NCBI GenBank assembly: GCA_964016885.1
Contig: OZ024745.1
Coordinates: 53,878,001 to 53,942,000 of the forward strand
From: Eledone cirrhosa
Lineage: Eukaryota
Length of the DNA stretch: 64,000 nucleotides
Direction: 5' to 3'
Of the stretch, positions 24,281-38,679 are shown one piece after another. The notes under the pieces are model-generated. The model was given only the letters and a program-made list of their open reading frames with translations, was not told the origin of the DNA and searched no databases. Made by a program: the position numbers and the translations under genes. Position 1 is the stretch's first letter. The number at the start of each line of letters is the position of its first letter.

Positions 24281-25478
24281 TACATATATACATACATAAG
24301 CAGAGACACACCACAGACAAGCTCATGGAATTGTACATACACATATTCCCATAGCATATGGGATAGAATATGGAACATTTTATAATTTACATTTGCTTTG
24401 AATGATAAGCACTTATATATATATATATTACAGAAACACAATACTGAGTGCATGTACATAAAGTATAGTAATGTAATGTGTTGCTCTTAAACCATCTCAG
24501 TTAATCTATTTGTCTCCACCTTCACATATCTGCTGATTGTATTTCTTACTGTAGTAAACGATGAGCATTCACCTGTAATAATACCTGTAAATTGTTGCTG
24601 AATCACCCAACTCATATGATTATTGTCAAGTGGATATGCAACTATGTATATACTAATTTATGTGGGAGTGTTTGTGTATGTATGTATGTATGTATGTATG
24701 TATGTATGTATGTATGTATGTATGTATGTATGTATGTATGTATGTATACATGTATGTATGTAATTTATGCATGTATGTATGTGCATGTAAATATATGTAT
24801 GTGTACTTGTATGAATGTATGTATTTTTCTATGTATGCACACATGTATGTACGAATGTAGGTGTATGTACATTTAGGAATTGATGGTCTTATTTCGTGGA
24901 TAGCTTTGGTTTATTCCAGATGTATTTATGATCAAGTTTAGGCAATTGACATTCTTATATATATATATACACACACACATATATATATAACTTTGATAAC
25001 TTTGATAGGTTTCAGCCAGTATTGGCTCAGGCATCGTTTAACATCCACTTTCCCTGCTGGCAAATGTTGAACTGGGTCTACATAGACTAAGTCAGTACTG
25101 AAGCTGGGTTACTGACCTCCTAGATAAGCCAAGGGTCTGCATTTCACTTATGTAGGTCTCACGTTCTACCAAGTGCAAGGAGAGGTTTGTTTGGCAAGTT
25201 TTCTACAGTTGGATGCTCTTCCTATCACCAACCATTGTACAGCATGTACTGAGTGTGTTTATTGTGTAGATCACCAACACTAGGGAGGCTGTCATGTCCT
25301 CGACATGATTGAAGTGTCCTCCCAATATGTGTGTGTGTGGGGGGAGGGGGGCATGTATGTAAAATAAAAGTAACAGCTAACATTTTAATGATGATGATGA
25401 CATACATACATGCATAAGTGTATATATATGTATAAATATATGTAGGAATGGACATGAATGGATGCATGTGTGTATGCA

Positions 25479-25524
<46 letters not shown>

Positions 25525-26339
25525 TATATATGTGTGTGTGTGTGTATAAACACATACAGATGTACATGCATACATATTTATTTATACATATGTTTGTTGA
25601 AAGATTTATCTTGTAGCTTGAATTTAACTGTATCAGCTACCCCAAAATATTATATATTATCTCAGACAAAAGCTCAGCTCTAAGCGTTTATATTTATCTA
25701 ATTGCATAATCAGTAGAAGTGTATATTCAGTCTGTACACAATGTGTTCTGTACATCAACTATTGATTGTAAATTCTTCATAAATGCTAAGATCAATCATT
25801 AATATAATCATGGATCCTGATTAGAAACTAATTTTTCTGTTATGAAATATTCTGGCTGGTGTTCTGAGATAGTAGTGCTCCTCCAGCTGATAATTGTATA
25901 ATAATGGTAAAGAAAATAAGGACTGAAGGCTGAGTGACAGTCTCCAAGTACATATTTTACATTCATAAGTTGTGTGTATAAATTCATAGATTGAAATGAA
26001 TTTCCATTATTATAATTCAGTTCTTCAAATATTATGTTATAATCAGGTCATAATTTGTTCTCAGACACACAAATGAAATTATGTATATTTTGAATAATAC
26101 TTATTCCAGAATAGTAGACTCAGCATATTCTATGGCAGAGTATTGGATAACATACTTTGCCACATATAGTTATGACCCTTTAAGTTCTGTATTCAAATCC
26201 CACCAAGGTTAGCTTTACTTTTTATCCTTGTGGGGTCAATCAAATAAAGTACCAGTAATGCACTGGGGTCAATCTAATCGACTTTCTCCTTCCTTTAAAT
26301 TTCTGACCATGTACCAAAAGTAGGAACAATTCTTATTAT

Positions 26340-26690
26340 GAGGAACCTCTCTCCACATATTGTGTTCCTTTGTGATCTTCTCTGTGAGGTTCAGTGTGTT
26401 GAGATTCACACACACCACTTCTGCTCAGGTTTTCCTTAGTTTCCTTTATATGTAGCTTCTAGCACATCTTTACCCAATGATCATCATCCATGCATACTAC
26501 ATGGCCATACCAGTGAGATTTTCTTTCTTGCACACTACATTTGATTCCTATTGTACCAAGTTTCTCTCTCAGTCTATCCATGCTTTGCTGCAAGTGCACA
26601 TCCATCACACATCCATCAAAGCCTTCTCACTTCATTTGCCTTTAGCCTTCATGTATCCTCTGCATTTACTGTCCACGTTTCACTTCCATG

Positions 26691-26693
<3 letters not shown>
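26340..26693 (-). mobile_element. Degraded RTE LINE 3' fragment
   Basis: Remnants of RKSHWYGHVVCMD and GKPRKT. Confidence 0.6.
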
Positions 26694-26765
<72 letters not shown>

Positions 26766-27939
26766 AATTAGAATTGAGTTTGAAGTCTTATAACATGAAT
26801 CATAACATGGCATTTCAGTTGGTAAACATTAGTATATTATATGCAAATATACAAGTTATAGGTGTTTTATAAAACCCCTAAAATACCCTTCATGAATAAA
26901 AAACATATATTTCAATACATAAGCATCTACCCATCTAGTCATAGAGGGTACACCATCAACAGTTTCTTTCACAGTGCCAGGCTTCAGTTATTCAGTTATA
27001 CCCAGAAACTGTGCTGAGTTTCCATGAAGTATAAGTAAACACTGTTAAATATCAATGGCTCTGCATCGTTACTTGGTCAAATTTAAAAAAAAAAAAAAAA
27101 AAATCCAATAATTGGTTATTTAATACAATTTATCCACTTTTGGCAAATACATAAAATTTACTTTTGAAAAATGCAAATAAACTAAGCAAACAATATTCAG
27201 AATTCAATAACCAAAATAAAAATAAAAATGTTAAAATCATAAAAAAATAACTTTATTTCAAAGCCATGCAAAAGTTAAAAGCAAACAATATTTTTCTTAA
27301 AATCAAAGTCTGAAGTATTTCATAAATCTTTGTATAGGTATACACATACAAACTCATAAATATACATATAAACAACATTCATAGAAACACTCATACATAC
27401 ACATAAACTCACACGAATTTACATACATATGAATGTATGTGTATTTATTTGTATATAATCTCATATTTCTAAGCATATGTAATTGGAAGCATGTAATTAT
27501 GTATGTACATATATATTAATGTAGATATATTCATAAATATTCATAGATGAAAAAGAAAAAAAACAGGCATACAATCACACATGTATTGATACACAAATGT
27601 ATACACACACACACAAGTATGCAGACAAACGCACACACATGTAAACACAAATATTGTAGATCAAATGATCAAGAAGACCCGCACTTCAGTAAAGAGCTCA
27701 TTACATTTTAAACACAGATGGAATCTTAAATTAATATATTAGGATTTCTCATATTGGATACTTTTCTTATCCCTGGATTCTGGGATAAAATCAGCCTTCC
27801 TCCTGGGATCTTGGGTAATCGCAGATGTAATAAATTATGTCAATAATTTCAAATGTATAATATTATTTTCTTTATGGCCGTAAACAAATGATTAAAACTA
27901 GTAACGGAATAAAAGAAACCACATGTGACACACATTATT

Positions 27940-28130
27940 GGTGAATTGGCAGTATCGGTAGAGGGTCGGACGCCATGCTTTGACGCATAGAGTTACGGCC
28001 CTTGCCATTCTGAGTTCAAATCCCGCCGAGGTTAACTTTGCCTTTCATCCTTACGGGGTTGATAAAATAAAGTACCAGTAATGTACTGGATAATTGCTGG
28101 CCTTGTGCCAATAGTAGAAACAATTATTAT
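27940..28130 (+). mobile_element. tRNA-derived SINE with Meta-domain-like core (short subfamily)
   Basis: A box TGGCAGTATCGG, B box GAGTTCAAATCC, core TTGCCTTTCATCCTTACGGGGTTGATAAAATAAAGTACCAG, (ATT)n end. Meta-domain assignment is from recall. Confidence 0.85.
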
Positions 28131-28559
28131 AATTAAATGGATATACGTCGGTTTCGACGACGTGAATTTCAGTTGATTGATCAATTTAACTGTCTCCACA
28201 TTCGATCATAATGTGATTGGTTGAGAACTCTACTGACACTTTTACACAAAAGGTTGTTCTCAGGGTCAATCAGTGTGACACAATATGTGACAGTGCTCGA
28301 CCTTTCAATTATAAATACAATCCATTCGACAGCTTTTCTCATAATTTTCTTTGTCAAGTTTCAGTCAAATTATTGATATAATCCATTTGACAGTTCTCCC
28401 CATTATTTTCTTATGCCCAATTTCAGTCTAAATATTTCGGTCAATTCGAGGCTATGACAAAAAAATACTTGCCCAAGATGTCACACAATGGGATCGAACC
28501 TGCGACCTCATGATTGTGAAACAAACTTCCTCATCACTCGACCATTCTTGTGTCTACAT

Positions 28560-28895
28560 CAGAGGTTCTCAAACTTTTTGCCCCCCCCCCCCCCTCACGG
28601 CTACGTAATACCCCCAGCGCTCCCACCCCTATTTCCAGAGAGTTCTATCTACACGCAAATTGTAAATAATATTTGATAAATAAAATCGCTAATTCATGTA
28701 TAATAAATAATATAATATATATTATGTATAAATAAATATCATATATTTTCTATTTTACTATATTTATATGTAATATGAATCATTTGGTATTTAATAAATT
28801 ATGATATCATCTCTATCACCCCCTTAAGTCCCAGCGTCCCCTGGACCTTCTCAACACCCCCGGGAGGGTAGAAGTGTCCATTTTGAGAACCTCTA
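28560..28895. mobile_element. hAT/Charlie-like MITE
   Basis: TIRs CAGAGGTTCTCAAA / TTTGAGAACCTCTA; imperfect 8-bp TSD GTCTACAT / ATCTACAA resembling the NTCTAGAN target. Confidence 0.75.
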
Positions 28896-29334
28896 ATCTA
28901 CAATATAATGCCCATTGTCACTGACCAATGAAGGAGCTTCTACGCAGTCACTAGACCAGCTAGGAAAACAAACAACCAACATTCTCACCGCCCTTTTTTA
29001 ATAAAACGGGATGATCACGGTTGTAATGTCTGTAATGAGTCTATACAATCAAGACAGACATTAGACAAAACAGCAACAACACTATTTGACAGAACTGTGC
29101 AAATAAAATAAATGTGTTCAGAGAGATTAACACCCTCACCACTACCTCCCTCCCTCACCATCATTATCATCACCATCATCATCATCATCATGGTTACCAA
29201 ATTAATGACCATATAAGTAGAGAGACGGTGCAACGGTAGAACTGGGAAGACAAAATAACTTCTCTACAGCAACGTCATTCTACTGTTTAGTGGTGTCTAC
29301 TCTGTGATCAGGATTTATTACACTTTGGTGGATA

Positions 29335-31988
29335 GTAATGGTGCTTGCGGTGATGGTGCTTATAGTCGCCGTCGTCGTGTTAGTGGTGTTAATGGTGGTG
29401 GTGGTGGATGGTGACCGACTGTATGGTGGTAGTCGTGGGTGGTTGGCGGTGATGGTGGTGGTGATGGATGGTGGCCGACACGGTGTGGCGATAGTGGTGG
29501 CGGGTGGTGATGGTGCTTATAGTCGCCGTCGTCGTGTTAGTGGTGTTAATGGTGGTGGTGGTGGATGGTGACCGACTGTATGGTGGTCGTCGTGGGTGGT
29601 TGGCGGTGATGGTTGGCGGTGATGGTGGTGGTGATGGATGGTGGCCGACACGGTGTGGCGATAGTGGTGGCGGGTGGTGATGGTGCTTATAGTCGCCGTC
29701 GTGTTAATGGTGGTGGTGGTGATGGTGGTGGTGATGGTAGTGCTGGTGGTGATGGTGGTGGTGGTGGTGGTGATGGTGGTAGCTGGTGACCGACTGTGTG
29801 GTGGGTGATTGGTGGTGATGGTGGTGGTGATGGTAGTGTTGGTGATAGTGGTGGTGGTGGTGATGGTGGTGGTGGCTGGTGACCGACTGTGTGGTGGGTG
29901 ATTGGTGGTGATGGTGGTGGTGATTGGTAGTGTTGGTGGTGATGGTGGTGGTGGTGGTGGTGGTGATGGTGGCTGGTGACCGACTGTGTGGTGGGTGATT
30001 GGTGGTGATGGTGGTGGTGATGGTAGTGTTGGTGGTGGTGATGGTAGTGTTGGTGGTGGTGGTGGTGGTGGTCGTGACCGACTGTGTGGTGGGTGATTGG
30101 TGGTGATGGTGGTGGTGATGGTAGTGTTGGTGGTGGTGATGGTAGTGTTGGTGGTGATGGTGGTGGTGGTGGCTGGTGACCGACTGTGTGGTGGTGGCTG
30201 GTGACCGACTGTGTGGTGGGTGATTGGTGGTGATGGTGGTGGTGGTGGTGGTGACCGACTGTGTGGTGGGTGATTGGTGGTGATGGTGGTGGTGGTGGTG
30301 GTGACCGACTGTGTGGTGGGTGATTGGTGGTGATGGTGGTGGTGGTGGTGGTGACCGACTGTGTGGTGGGTGATTGGTGGTGATGGTGGTGGTGGTGGTG
30401 GTGACCGACTGTGTGGTGGGTGATTGGTGGTGATGGTGGTGGTGGTGGTGGTGACCGACTGTGTGGTGGGTGATTGGTGGTGATGGTGGTGGTGGTGGTG
30501 GTGACCGACTGTGTGGTGGGTGATTGGTGGTGATGGTGGTGGTGGTGGTGGTGACCGACTGTGTGGTGGGTGATTGGTGGTGATGGTGGTGGTGGTGGTG
30601 GTGGCTGGTGACCGACTGTGTGGTGGGTGATTGGTGGTGATGGTGGTGGTGGTGGCTGGTGGTGGTGGTGGTGGTGGTGACCGACTGTCTGGTGGGTGAT
30701 TGGTGGTGATGGTGGTGGTGGTGGCTGGTGGCCGACACAGTGTGGTGGTGGAGGAGGTGGTGGTGGGTAGTGATGGAACTATCGTGGATGGCGCTTATAG
30801 TCACCGTCGTGTTAGTGGTGGTCGTTGTGGTGGTAGTGGTGGTGGTGCTGGTGGTTAGTGATGATGGTGGTGATGGTGGTGGTGGTGGTTGGTTGTGATG
30901 ATGGTGGTGGTGGTGGTTGGTGGTGGTGGTGGCTGGTGATCAACACTGTGTGGTGATGGTGGTAGTGCTGGTGGTGGGTGGTGATGGAGGTTGGTGTCCG
31001 ACACTGTGTGGTGATGGTTGTGATGATGATGATGGTGGTAGTGGGTGGTGGTGGAGGTTGGTGTCCGACTCTGTGTGGTGATGGTGGTGGTGGGTGGTGG
31101 TGGTGGTGGTGGTAGTGGGTGGTGGTGGTGGTAGGTGTCCGACTCTGTGTGGTGATGGTGGTGGTGGGTGGTGGTGGTGGTGGTGGTAGTGGGTGGTGGT
31201 GGTGGTAGGTGTCCGACTCTGTGTGGTGATGGTGGTGGTGGGTGGTGGTGGTGGTGGTGGTAGTGGGTGGTGGTGGCGGTAGGTGGCCAACTCTGTGTGG
31301 TGATGGTGGTGGTGATGGGTGGGTGGTGGTGGTAGGTGACCGACTCTGTGTGGTGATGGTGGTGGTGATGGTGGTGGGTGGGTGGTGGTGGTAGATGGTG
31401 GTGGTGGCGGTAGGTGACCAACTCTGTGTGGTGATGGTGGTGGTGGTGGGTGGGTGGTGGTGGTAGGTGACCGACTCTGTGTGGTGATGGTGGTGGTGGT
31501 GGGTGGGTGGTGGCGGTAGGTGACCAACTCTGTGTGGTGATGGTGGTGGTAGGTGACCGACTCTGTGTGGTGATGGTGGTGGTGGTGGGTGGGTGGTGGT
31601 GGTGGTGGGTGGGTGGTGGCGGTAGGTGACCAACTCTGTGTGGTGATGGTGGTGGTAGGTGACCGACTCTGTGTGGTGATGGTGGTGGTGGTGGGTGGGT
31701 GGTGGTGGGTGGGTGGTGGTGGTAGGTGACCGACTCTGTGTGGTGGTGGTGCTAGTTGCGTCTTGGTAATTGTCACTCTGTGATCTCCGTCATCACGGTG
31801 GTGAGGAGGTGGTGTGGATACGAGGATGGTCTTGTTGGGTTGTATAACGATGATGATGTTCATGGTGATGTTTGTTGTGTTTTCGATGGTGGCGTGGAAG
31901 CGGTGATGGAGATGATGATTGTGATAACAACGATGACGGTGATGATGATAAATATTGTGGAGTTGATGGTAGTAACATTGGCTTGGTG

Positions 31989-32021
<33 letters not shown>

Positions 32022-32110
32022 ATAGTGGCAGTGATGGAGGTTGTAGTAGTGATGGTAGCAGTAGTGGTAGTGGTGATAACGATGATGACGATGACAATTA
32101 TAATGATGCA
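29335..32110 (+). repeat. Complex (GGT)n-based minisatellite with three sub-arrays
   Basis: Anchor GTGACCGACT(C)TGTG recurs; exact 60-bp period over ~30200-30600; ~170-190 bp duplications at 29345-29710; strongly G/T-biased + strand. Confidence 0.95.
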
Positions 32111-32452
32111 AACGATAAATATTGTGGAGATGATGTGAGAAACACTGGCTTGGCAATATTGATCATGATGATGGGGAATTAATGATGGTAACGATTATGC
32201 TGATATTGATGTTAATGTATTGATGATGATGATGTCACCCTAATGGTGTCAAGAATACCAGAATCGAATGGTCCGCGTTTGGTTGCATTGGATAGGACCC
32301 TAAGCTTTCAACTCGATACCTGGAGAGGGGCATGTCAATGCCGGTCAGATTCGGCACTACATTAAGGTCTCTGTAAATCCGCTCGGAATTTGTTTCACTC
32401 CAGATCTGGGTGACTAATCCTACGAAGAAATTGACTGAGAGGAAGCTATCCT

Positions 32453-33290
32453 CAACCCTTTCGTTACCATATTTCTAATGAAAGGCATTACTTGTGATTT
32501 TCAAATAATTTGAAAATAATCAAGAATTTAGAGGGATTTAGCAATATAGCGATCTTGCTCATTACTAAACTGGTGTTTAGAACATAGCATTATAAAACTA
32601 TAATTGCTTCTACTTTTGGCACAAGGCCAGCAATTATTCCAGTATATTACTGGTACTTTATTTAATCGACCCTGTAAGGATGAAAGGCAAAGTTAGAACC
32701 GTAACTCTATGCTGCAAAGCATGGCGTCCGGCTCTCTACCGATACTGCCAATCCACCGCCCTTATAACATAAACCTTACATTATAAAATTATAATTGTTT
32801 CTACTTTTGGCACAAGGCTAGCAATTATCCCAGTGTATTACTGGTACTTTATTTAATAGACCCTGTAAGGATGAAAGGCAAAGTTAACCTCGGTGGGATT
32901 TGAACTCAGACCATAAAGAGCCGTAACTCTATGCTGCAAAGCATGGCGTCCGGCTCTCTACCGATACTGCCAATCCACCGCCCTTATAACATAAACCTTA
33001 CATTATGAAATTATAATTGTTTCTACTTTTGGCACAAGGCCAGCAATTATCCCAGTGTATTACTGGTACTTTATTTTATCGACCCCGTAAGGATGAAAGG
33101 CAAAGTTAACCTCGGCGAGAATACATGTAGAAAGTGGACAGCGAATTAGCCAAGTTATTTGAACGTCGGATACATTATAATGTAAGGTTTTTAGATAAAT
33201 ATAAACATTTTAGAAGAAACTATTTTATATCATAGGATTATGGCCGGTATCAGCGGGCGGTTTGGTATCAATGGCGGTATCAAAAGGGTG
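32453..33290 (+). mobile_element. TTAA/piggyBac-like MITE split by a SINE array
   Basis: CCCTTTCGTTACC...GGTATCAAAAGGG terminal inverted repeats. Confidence 0.65.
32600..33118 (-). mobile_element. Tandem trimer of the Meta-like SINE
   Basis: Units ~32600-32761 (internal deletion), 32791-32981 and 33012-33118 (truncated), with near-identical spacers. Confidence 0.9.
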
Positions 33291-34008
33291 GAGCTGTGGT
33301 GGAGAACCCCTACATAATTTTAATGGTATCTCACTACCTGAATGATGTGATTTGTTGAATAAAATATTTGACTTGACTGGAACTCTTTAGTTTCTTGCAG
33401 AAAGACAAGTTTCTTCTGGTCAGAAGATTCATCAGTGACCAATTCACACTCAAAGGTATTTGGGGCTACCATTGTTGACCTTGTGCAAGAATACGCCAAC
33501 ATCTGCACAGATTCCTGGGCAGTGATCAGATATGGATATAGTTTGCCACACGAGCTGTACCGAAGTTTATTTCTTTTGTCAGTCTTGAAGACTGAGAATG
33601 GAGCTTTGGCGCCTGGCGTGAAGTGTGACACTCACAGATATCTATCAGTTGAGTAATGCCGTTTATTACAAGATAATGAATAACTTCAAAATGTCAATGA
33701 CCTTAATTGTTCTTGAAGTAGAGTTAAATATATAATCGCAAGGTAGAGCCACCAGATGATCTAATCCATCATTCAGGGAAAACGACAAGTCCTCCATAAG
33801 TTCGTTCAATATCTTTTCGTAGCTGATCTGTCGAACGACTAGTTTTGGAAAATAAAGACGATTCAGATAAGAATGAATCTTGTCTATAAAACCAATTCTT
33901 GAAAGTAACAGATACGTTTCGATCGTTTATACACAAACGTTCTACCCCAAGCATCGAGTATTCTGTTGAGTAATGGTCTAACTACTTTTAAACTGGTTCT
34001 ATCATGAT

Positions 34009-34055
<47 letters not shown>

Positions 34056-34305
34056 CGGTATATCTATATACGGTATATCTATATACGGTATATTATATAT
34101 ATATTATATATATAATTTTATAGGATATACGAGTTGTGGATTTTACATTTTATATGAATTGGGATCCATTTTCAGTGTACACACACACTTATATATATAT
34201 ATATATATACATATATGTATGTATATATGTATGCGTATATATATCTAAATATAGTTCTCGGAAACAACAAACAGAGGTAGAAAGAGTCTTATTAGTTTCA
34301 CACTA

Positions 34306-34385
<80 letters not shown>

Positions 34386-34466
34386 TATATATGTATGTGT
34401 ACTTACGTATACATATTTATGCATAGATACATATTCATAATATTTATATATGCATATTAATTATAC

Positions 34467-34505
<39 letters not shown>

Positions 34506-34554
34506 GATAGCTATATAGATAGATAAAAATATATATTTGTGTGTGTTCATGGCT

Positions 34555-34615
<61 letters not shown>

Positions 34616-35587
34616 CTGCTTGTATATATATGTAAATATGTGTATTTGTGTATGCATATATACATATATTTAATTTTCATTTATTTCTGGTTTTTTTGCT
34701 TGTTCTTTTTTAATCAAAATATGGCAAGGAAGTTTTTCACCTTCAATAAAAGCTGTTACGAAAAGTCAAATGTCGAATATTCTTGATATCTATCTTGTAT
34801 CATCTGTATAGCTCATAAATAATAGTGTTAGAACTGAAAATTATGGAAATATAGTAAATAACGGTTGAAAAATAAATACATAATAAGTTTTTTCTTCTTT
34901 TGTAGAATATATTTGTGGAATGTGTATTTATTGTCAGACATTATCACGCAACAAATTTTGTTTATGAGCCTCTGGGTGATCTATATGTAGTCCTTCGACC
35001 TGCTAAAAATACCTACCAAATCTTGAGAATTTTGAATCAACGAAGGGATCTTTACATGGTCATTCCCTCTTCTAGAAATAGGGTCTAAATCTCCTTCGAA
35101 TTCTATGCCATTACTCCGTCTTATGTTGGATAATATAGCCTTAGGTTCTTTCCGCAAAGAAAAAAGACAGGATTGTCACGCAACTGGAATGCCATTTATC
35201 ATTGATCTGCTTGATCAGAGTTGATCTAAGGCTAAAGAACCAGATGTTGCTAAATATCACTCAAATCATACCCTATATTTAAAAATTGAGTGCCACATCA
35301 TATAGATAGAGTCTTTCAGAAGAATTATATGAAGGTCACGGTCGGAATGCATTTGATCACAGATTTGCTGGATCAGAGACAAAACAACAACAGAAAATAT
35401 TGTTATGGGATGTGTTATACATTTCTTTTTCATCTAATGTACATTCTTGCACGTTAAGGCAACGAATTAGCAGAGTTGCTAGGGCAGTGGTAGAATGTCT
35501 TGCAGTATTTTTGTTCCCACTCTCCGAGTACTATATCTTCTTATTTATTTCTTTCTTTTTTCTTACTTACTTACTTTCTATCTATCC

Positions 35588-35624
<37 letters not shown>

Positions 35625-35788
35625 CCTACTTATTTTGGTTAAAAAAAGGGTTCTTCCACCCCTTTATCTACACAGTTATTCAAACTGTTAGAAATATCAG
35701 CAAAATGTCCATCGTACCACACACTACTGCAACACATTTTTGTTGAAATCATCTGCGTTAGTTTTGTGAATAGTGAAATTTATCCAGC

Positions 35789-35870
35789 ATGGCCTTACTC
35801 AGAATAGGCAGTGTGAATGCAAGTGGCCTTAATTCGCATTGGAAGCAAGGACATCTGTTTAACAACCTTT
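35789..35870 (+). mobile_element. APE endonuclease N-terminal fragment of an L1/Tx1-like LINE
   Basis: MALLRIGSVNASGLNSHWKQGHL resembles the LxIxSxNxxGL start of LINE ORF2. Confidence 0.5.
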
Positions 35871-35879
35871 ACCTACAAT

Positions 35880-36450
35880 TTCCAAATGAGGTTTTAATGT
35901 ATGTAGTTGACGACGGAAAGTTTAGCCAGGCTGTTGCAGGCGATTCTTGAAGGAATTCTCTGTAAGATTTATACAACTTGTTGGTTTAATGCTTTTCCTG
36001 ACATCAACCACGAATACATGCTTTTCCCTAAGCATTTGCTCTGTAGGAATTAAAATTCTGCATGTCGGTAATTTTTGTTCTATGCTTGGTTGATTTAATC
36101 TAATACAACGTTATACATATTTTTCGTGCAACTGTAACTCACCTTAATACTGATTTTATTGAATAGCTTAGGAAATTTATGATCGTTGGGAAATATTTTA
36201 AATAACCAGTTTTTGCACTAATGTCGCATAGTGGTTTATACGGTATAACATTTCTTTTTCGATTGTTTTTAAGGTAACAGCTAGAAGGTGATGGTAAGTA
36301 CATTATTCTGCGTTGACATCGACTTTATTTTATTGACTCATTTTAATATTCTGGAACTCTGTTGAAGGTGGATTCCTCCGAAGATAATGTAATAATCCTT
36401 TTGTTGATGTTGATTGGAATAAGCACGAGCAAAAGGTATACATCCATTAT
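35880..36450 (-). mobile_element. Highly decayed PLE (RT thumb/linker)
   Basis: IPININKRIITLSSEESTFN, RNVI..KP, FNKISIKVSYSCTKNM. Confidence 0.7.
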
Positions 36451-36484
36451 CTTCTGATTAAGTACACTACAGTAAGTCACTAAA

Positions 36485-37110
36485 ACGTAGCCGAAACCAA
36501 GAAAACATAAAGTATATATATATATGGTTGATAAATAAAACAAAACAAACACAAGGAGGCAAAAATACAAAGTAGAGGACGATTCGACGTTTTGGACGGA
36601 TGTCTTTCGTTAAGAATGCTCGGATATGGAGAGAACAGGTAGGTACATGAAATTTGTTTGTGAAAGTTAGAAAAAGATTGATTGGTTAGGAGTGGCAGGC
36701 GAGTGGTCCAGCATTCGGGAGTGGGGACCGGAGTGGAGGGTCCAGGTGTGTCATAGATGTGGTTGTGTGTGTGCCGAAGGGATGAAATTGGTGTGTGCAT
36801 TATTGCTTCAGTGTGTGTGTATGAACAGGTGGGTGTCTCAGAGTCTTATATTGTTGGTGTGAGCATACTGGTGTGTGTGTATGTCTGTTAGTTCTTTGTT
36901 TTTTGAGCATGTGTGTGCACGTGAGTGTGTGTGTGTGTATTTTAACTTGTGTGTAGGATGAGTGAATGTATGTGTGTTTCCACGCGCGTTTGTCTATGTG
37001 ACTATTTTCTATTGTTTCTATGTATGTGAGTGTGTATGTTTGTGTGTGTGTATATTTTTTCTTGTGTGTGTATGTGTCTCCATGGGTGTGTTGGTGACTT
37101 TGTACTATCT
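36485..37110 (-). mobile_element. PLE 3' UTR/pLTR remnant with decayed HHR
   Basis: CA-rich UTR; ATTC-TTAACGA-AAGAC-ATCC-GTCC-AAAA-CG-TC-GAAT at 36582-36617 parallels the motif at 60708-60743. Confidence 0.5.
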
Positions 37111-37799
37111 GTAGAGGGATTATTTTGTGTGGCTGTGTGTGTGTATGTTTATGTATGGGTTTGCCTATGCTACGAACTAGCGTAAGTATGTTCCTGCATA
37201 TTATATATCCATTAACGCGAAAACTAATTATTACCGCGGCCTCTGAACTAATTTCGCTTCACTTCCTACTTTTCACACTTCTCTCTTTGTATATTTATTT
37301 AACCACCAATGAATATTCTTCTAATAATTACTAGAAATAATAATAGTATTATTAATAATAATGATATACTGCCTTTTACCTCAATTTAAAAACCCAATTC
37401 TTCACAGCTTTGTACGTAAAACTTGCTTCAAATACCTTCTTCGTTATATGCTTGCTAATGTTCAACATTTGATACTGTGTGTGTGTGTTCTTAGAATTTG
37501 TATTTGTTTAAACTTTATCCCTTTTTGTAATTCCCGATGATATGCGAATGTTATATGTATTATGTTTTGTATAAATAATTGCTAATTAACTGTTTCTGAT
37601 TAACTTATTGTTTACACATGCATGTACCATTATCACCTGTATAGAAATTTACGTAGAAATTAAAAAAAAAGGATTTAACTTGTTAACCTTGGTTTTTCTT
37701 CATTATATACACGGTGCAGCATAAATACTGTTACAAAATAAAATGTTTATAACCTCTTAAATATTTATTGGATCTAGCTACAATTGTGGCACGAAGTAA

Positions 37800-38020
37800 T
37801 TAATGGCTTCTTATGTAGGCCCAAGACCATCAATTTCGGGGGAGGGGAAGGTCAATTAAATCGACCCCAGTGCGTGACTGGTACTTTATTTTATCGACCC
37901 CGTAAGGATGAAAGGTAAAGTTAACCTCGGCGGGATTTGAACTCAGATCACAAAGGGCCGTAACTCTATGCTGCAAAGCATGGCGTCCAACCCTCTACCG
38001 ATACTGCCAATCTACCGCCC
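37800..38020 (-). mobile_element. Meta-like SINE (long subfamily)
   Basis: Same head and core plus an extra GGGGGAGGGGAAGGTCAATTAAATCGACC segment. Confidence 0.85.
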
Positions 38021-38679
38021 TATTGGCACGAGGAGATGAAGGGGGCCCACCTACATATAGAATGCTATCATTTAATTTTGATTTTGAAAGTAGGTTTATA
38101 ATATTAATTTTCATTATACTTTTGTAGCTGTCTCGGTGGCCTTGTTGGAGGAATCATAGACGGTAGTGATCCTGGTCTGAAGTTCGATCCTGGTCAGGAG
38201 TAGGGTTCCCGGTAAACCTTTTCAGTCTTTTTTCTATGGGATGTAAAATAAAGACTAAAAGTCATTACATGTACCGCTTTGCCAGGATTGAACCCAAGAC
38301 CAGGATTTCTACAGACACAGAGTGGTTTTGACATGTGAAAATATCAAATCAACCAATTAACTTCATGGAACTGTTATCTAATAACAATAGTGTGTTTAAT
38401 TTTTAAATGTTCGAGATTCTGCTCAGTTGTTTTGGTCGTAACCTTCGCAGACCTGTCAATTCTCCCCGTTTTGGCTCATTCTACCCGTCTCCCCGTTTTT
38501 GTGAAAATGATTATAGCTTTCATTATGTAAAATCTCCCCATTCTGCCTCATTTCTCCCCATTTACGAGCACTTTTTCCCATGGTTCTCCCCGTTTGGGTT
38601 TTTAGAGGTTGGCAGGTCTGCCTTCGTATCATGTTTATCAAATTTCTCCAGAAGCTTTCTACCCGACCATATATTAGTT

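Noticed and set aside
24548-24585. Possible minus-strand micro-exon (TTACAG...GTAAG)
   Set aside because: Weak pyrimidine tract, no neighbouring exons and no recognisable peptide.
29704-32156. Long His/Thr/Pro-rich ORFs (up to 385 aa)
   Set aside because: (CAC/ACC/CCA)n is stop-free in all three frames; overlapping ORFs in every frame indicate a satellite, not a gene.
33769-33954. QLRKDIERTY resembling a TBC-domain motif
   Set aside because: A single short motif with no other TBC features or splice support.
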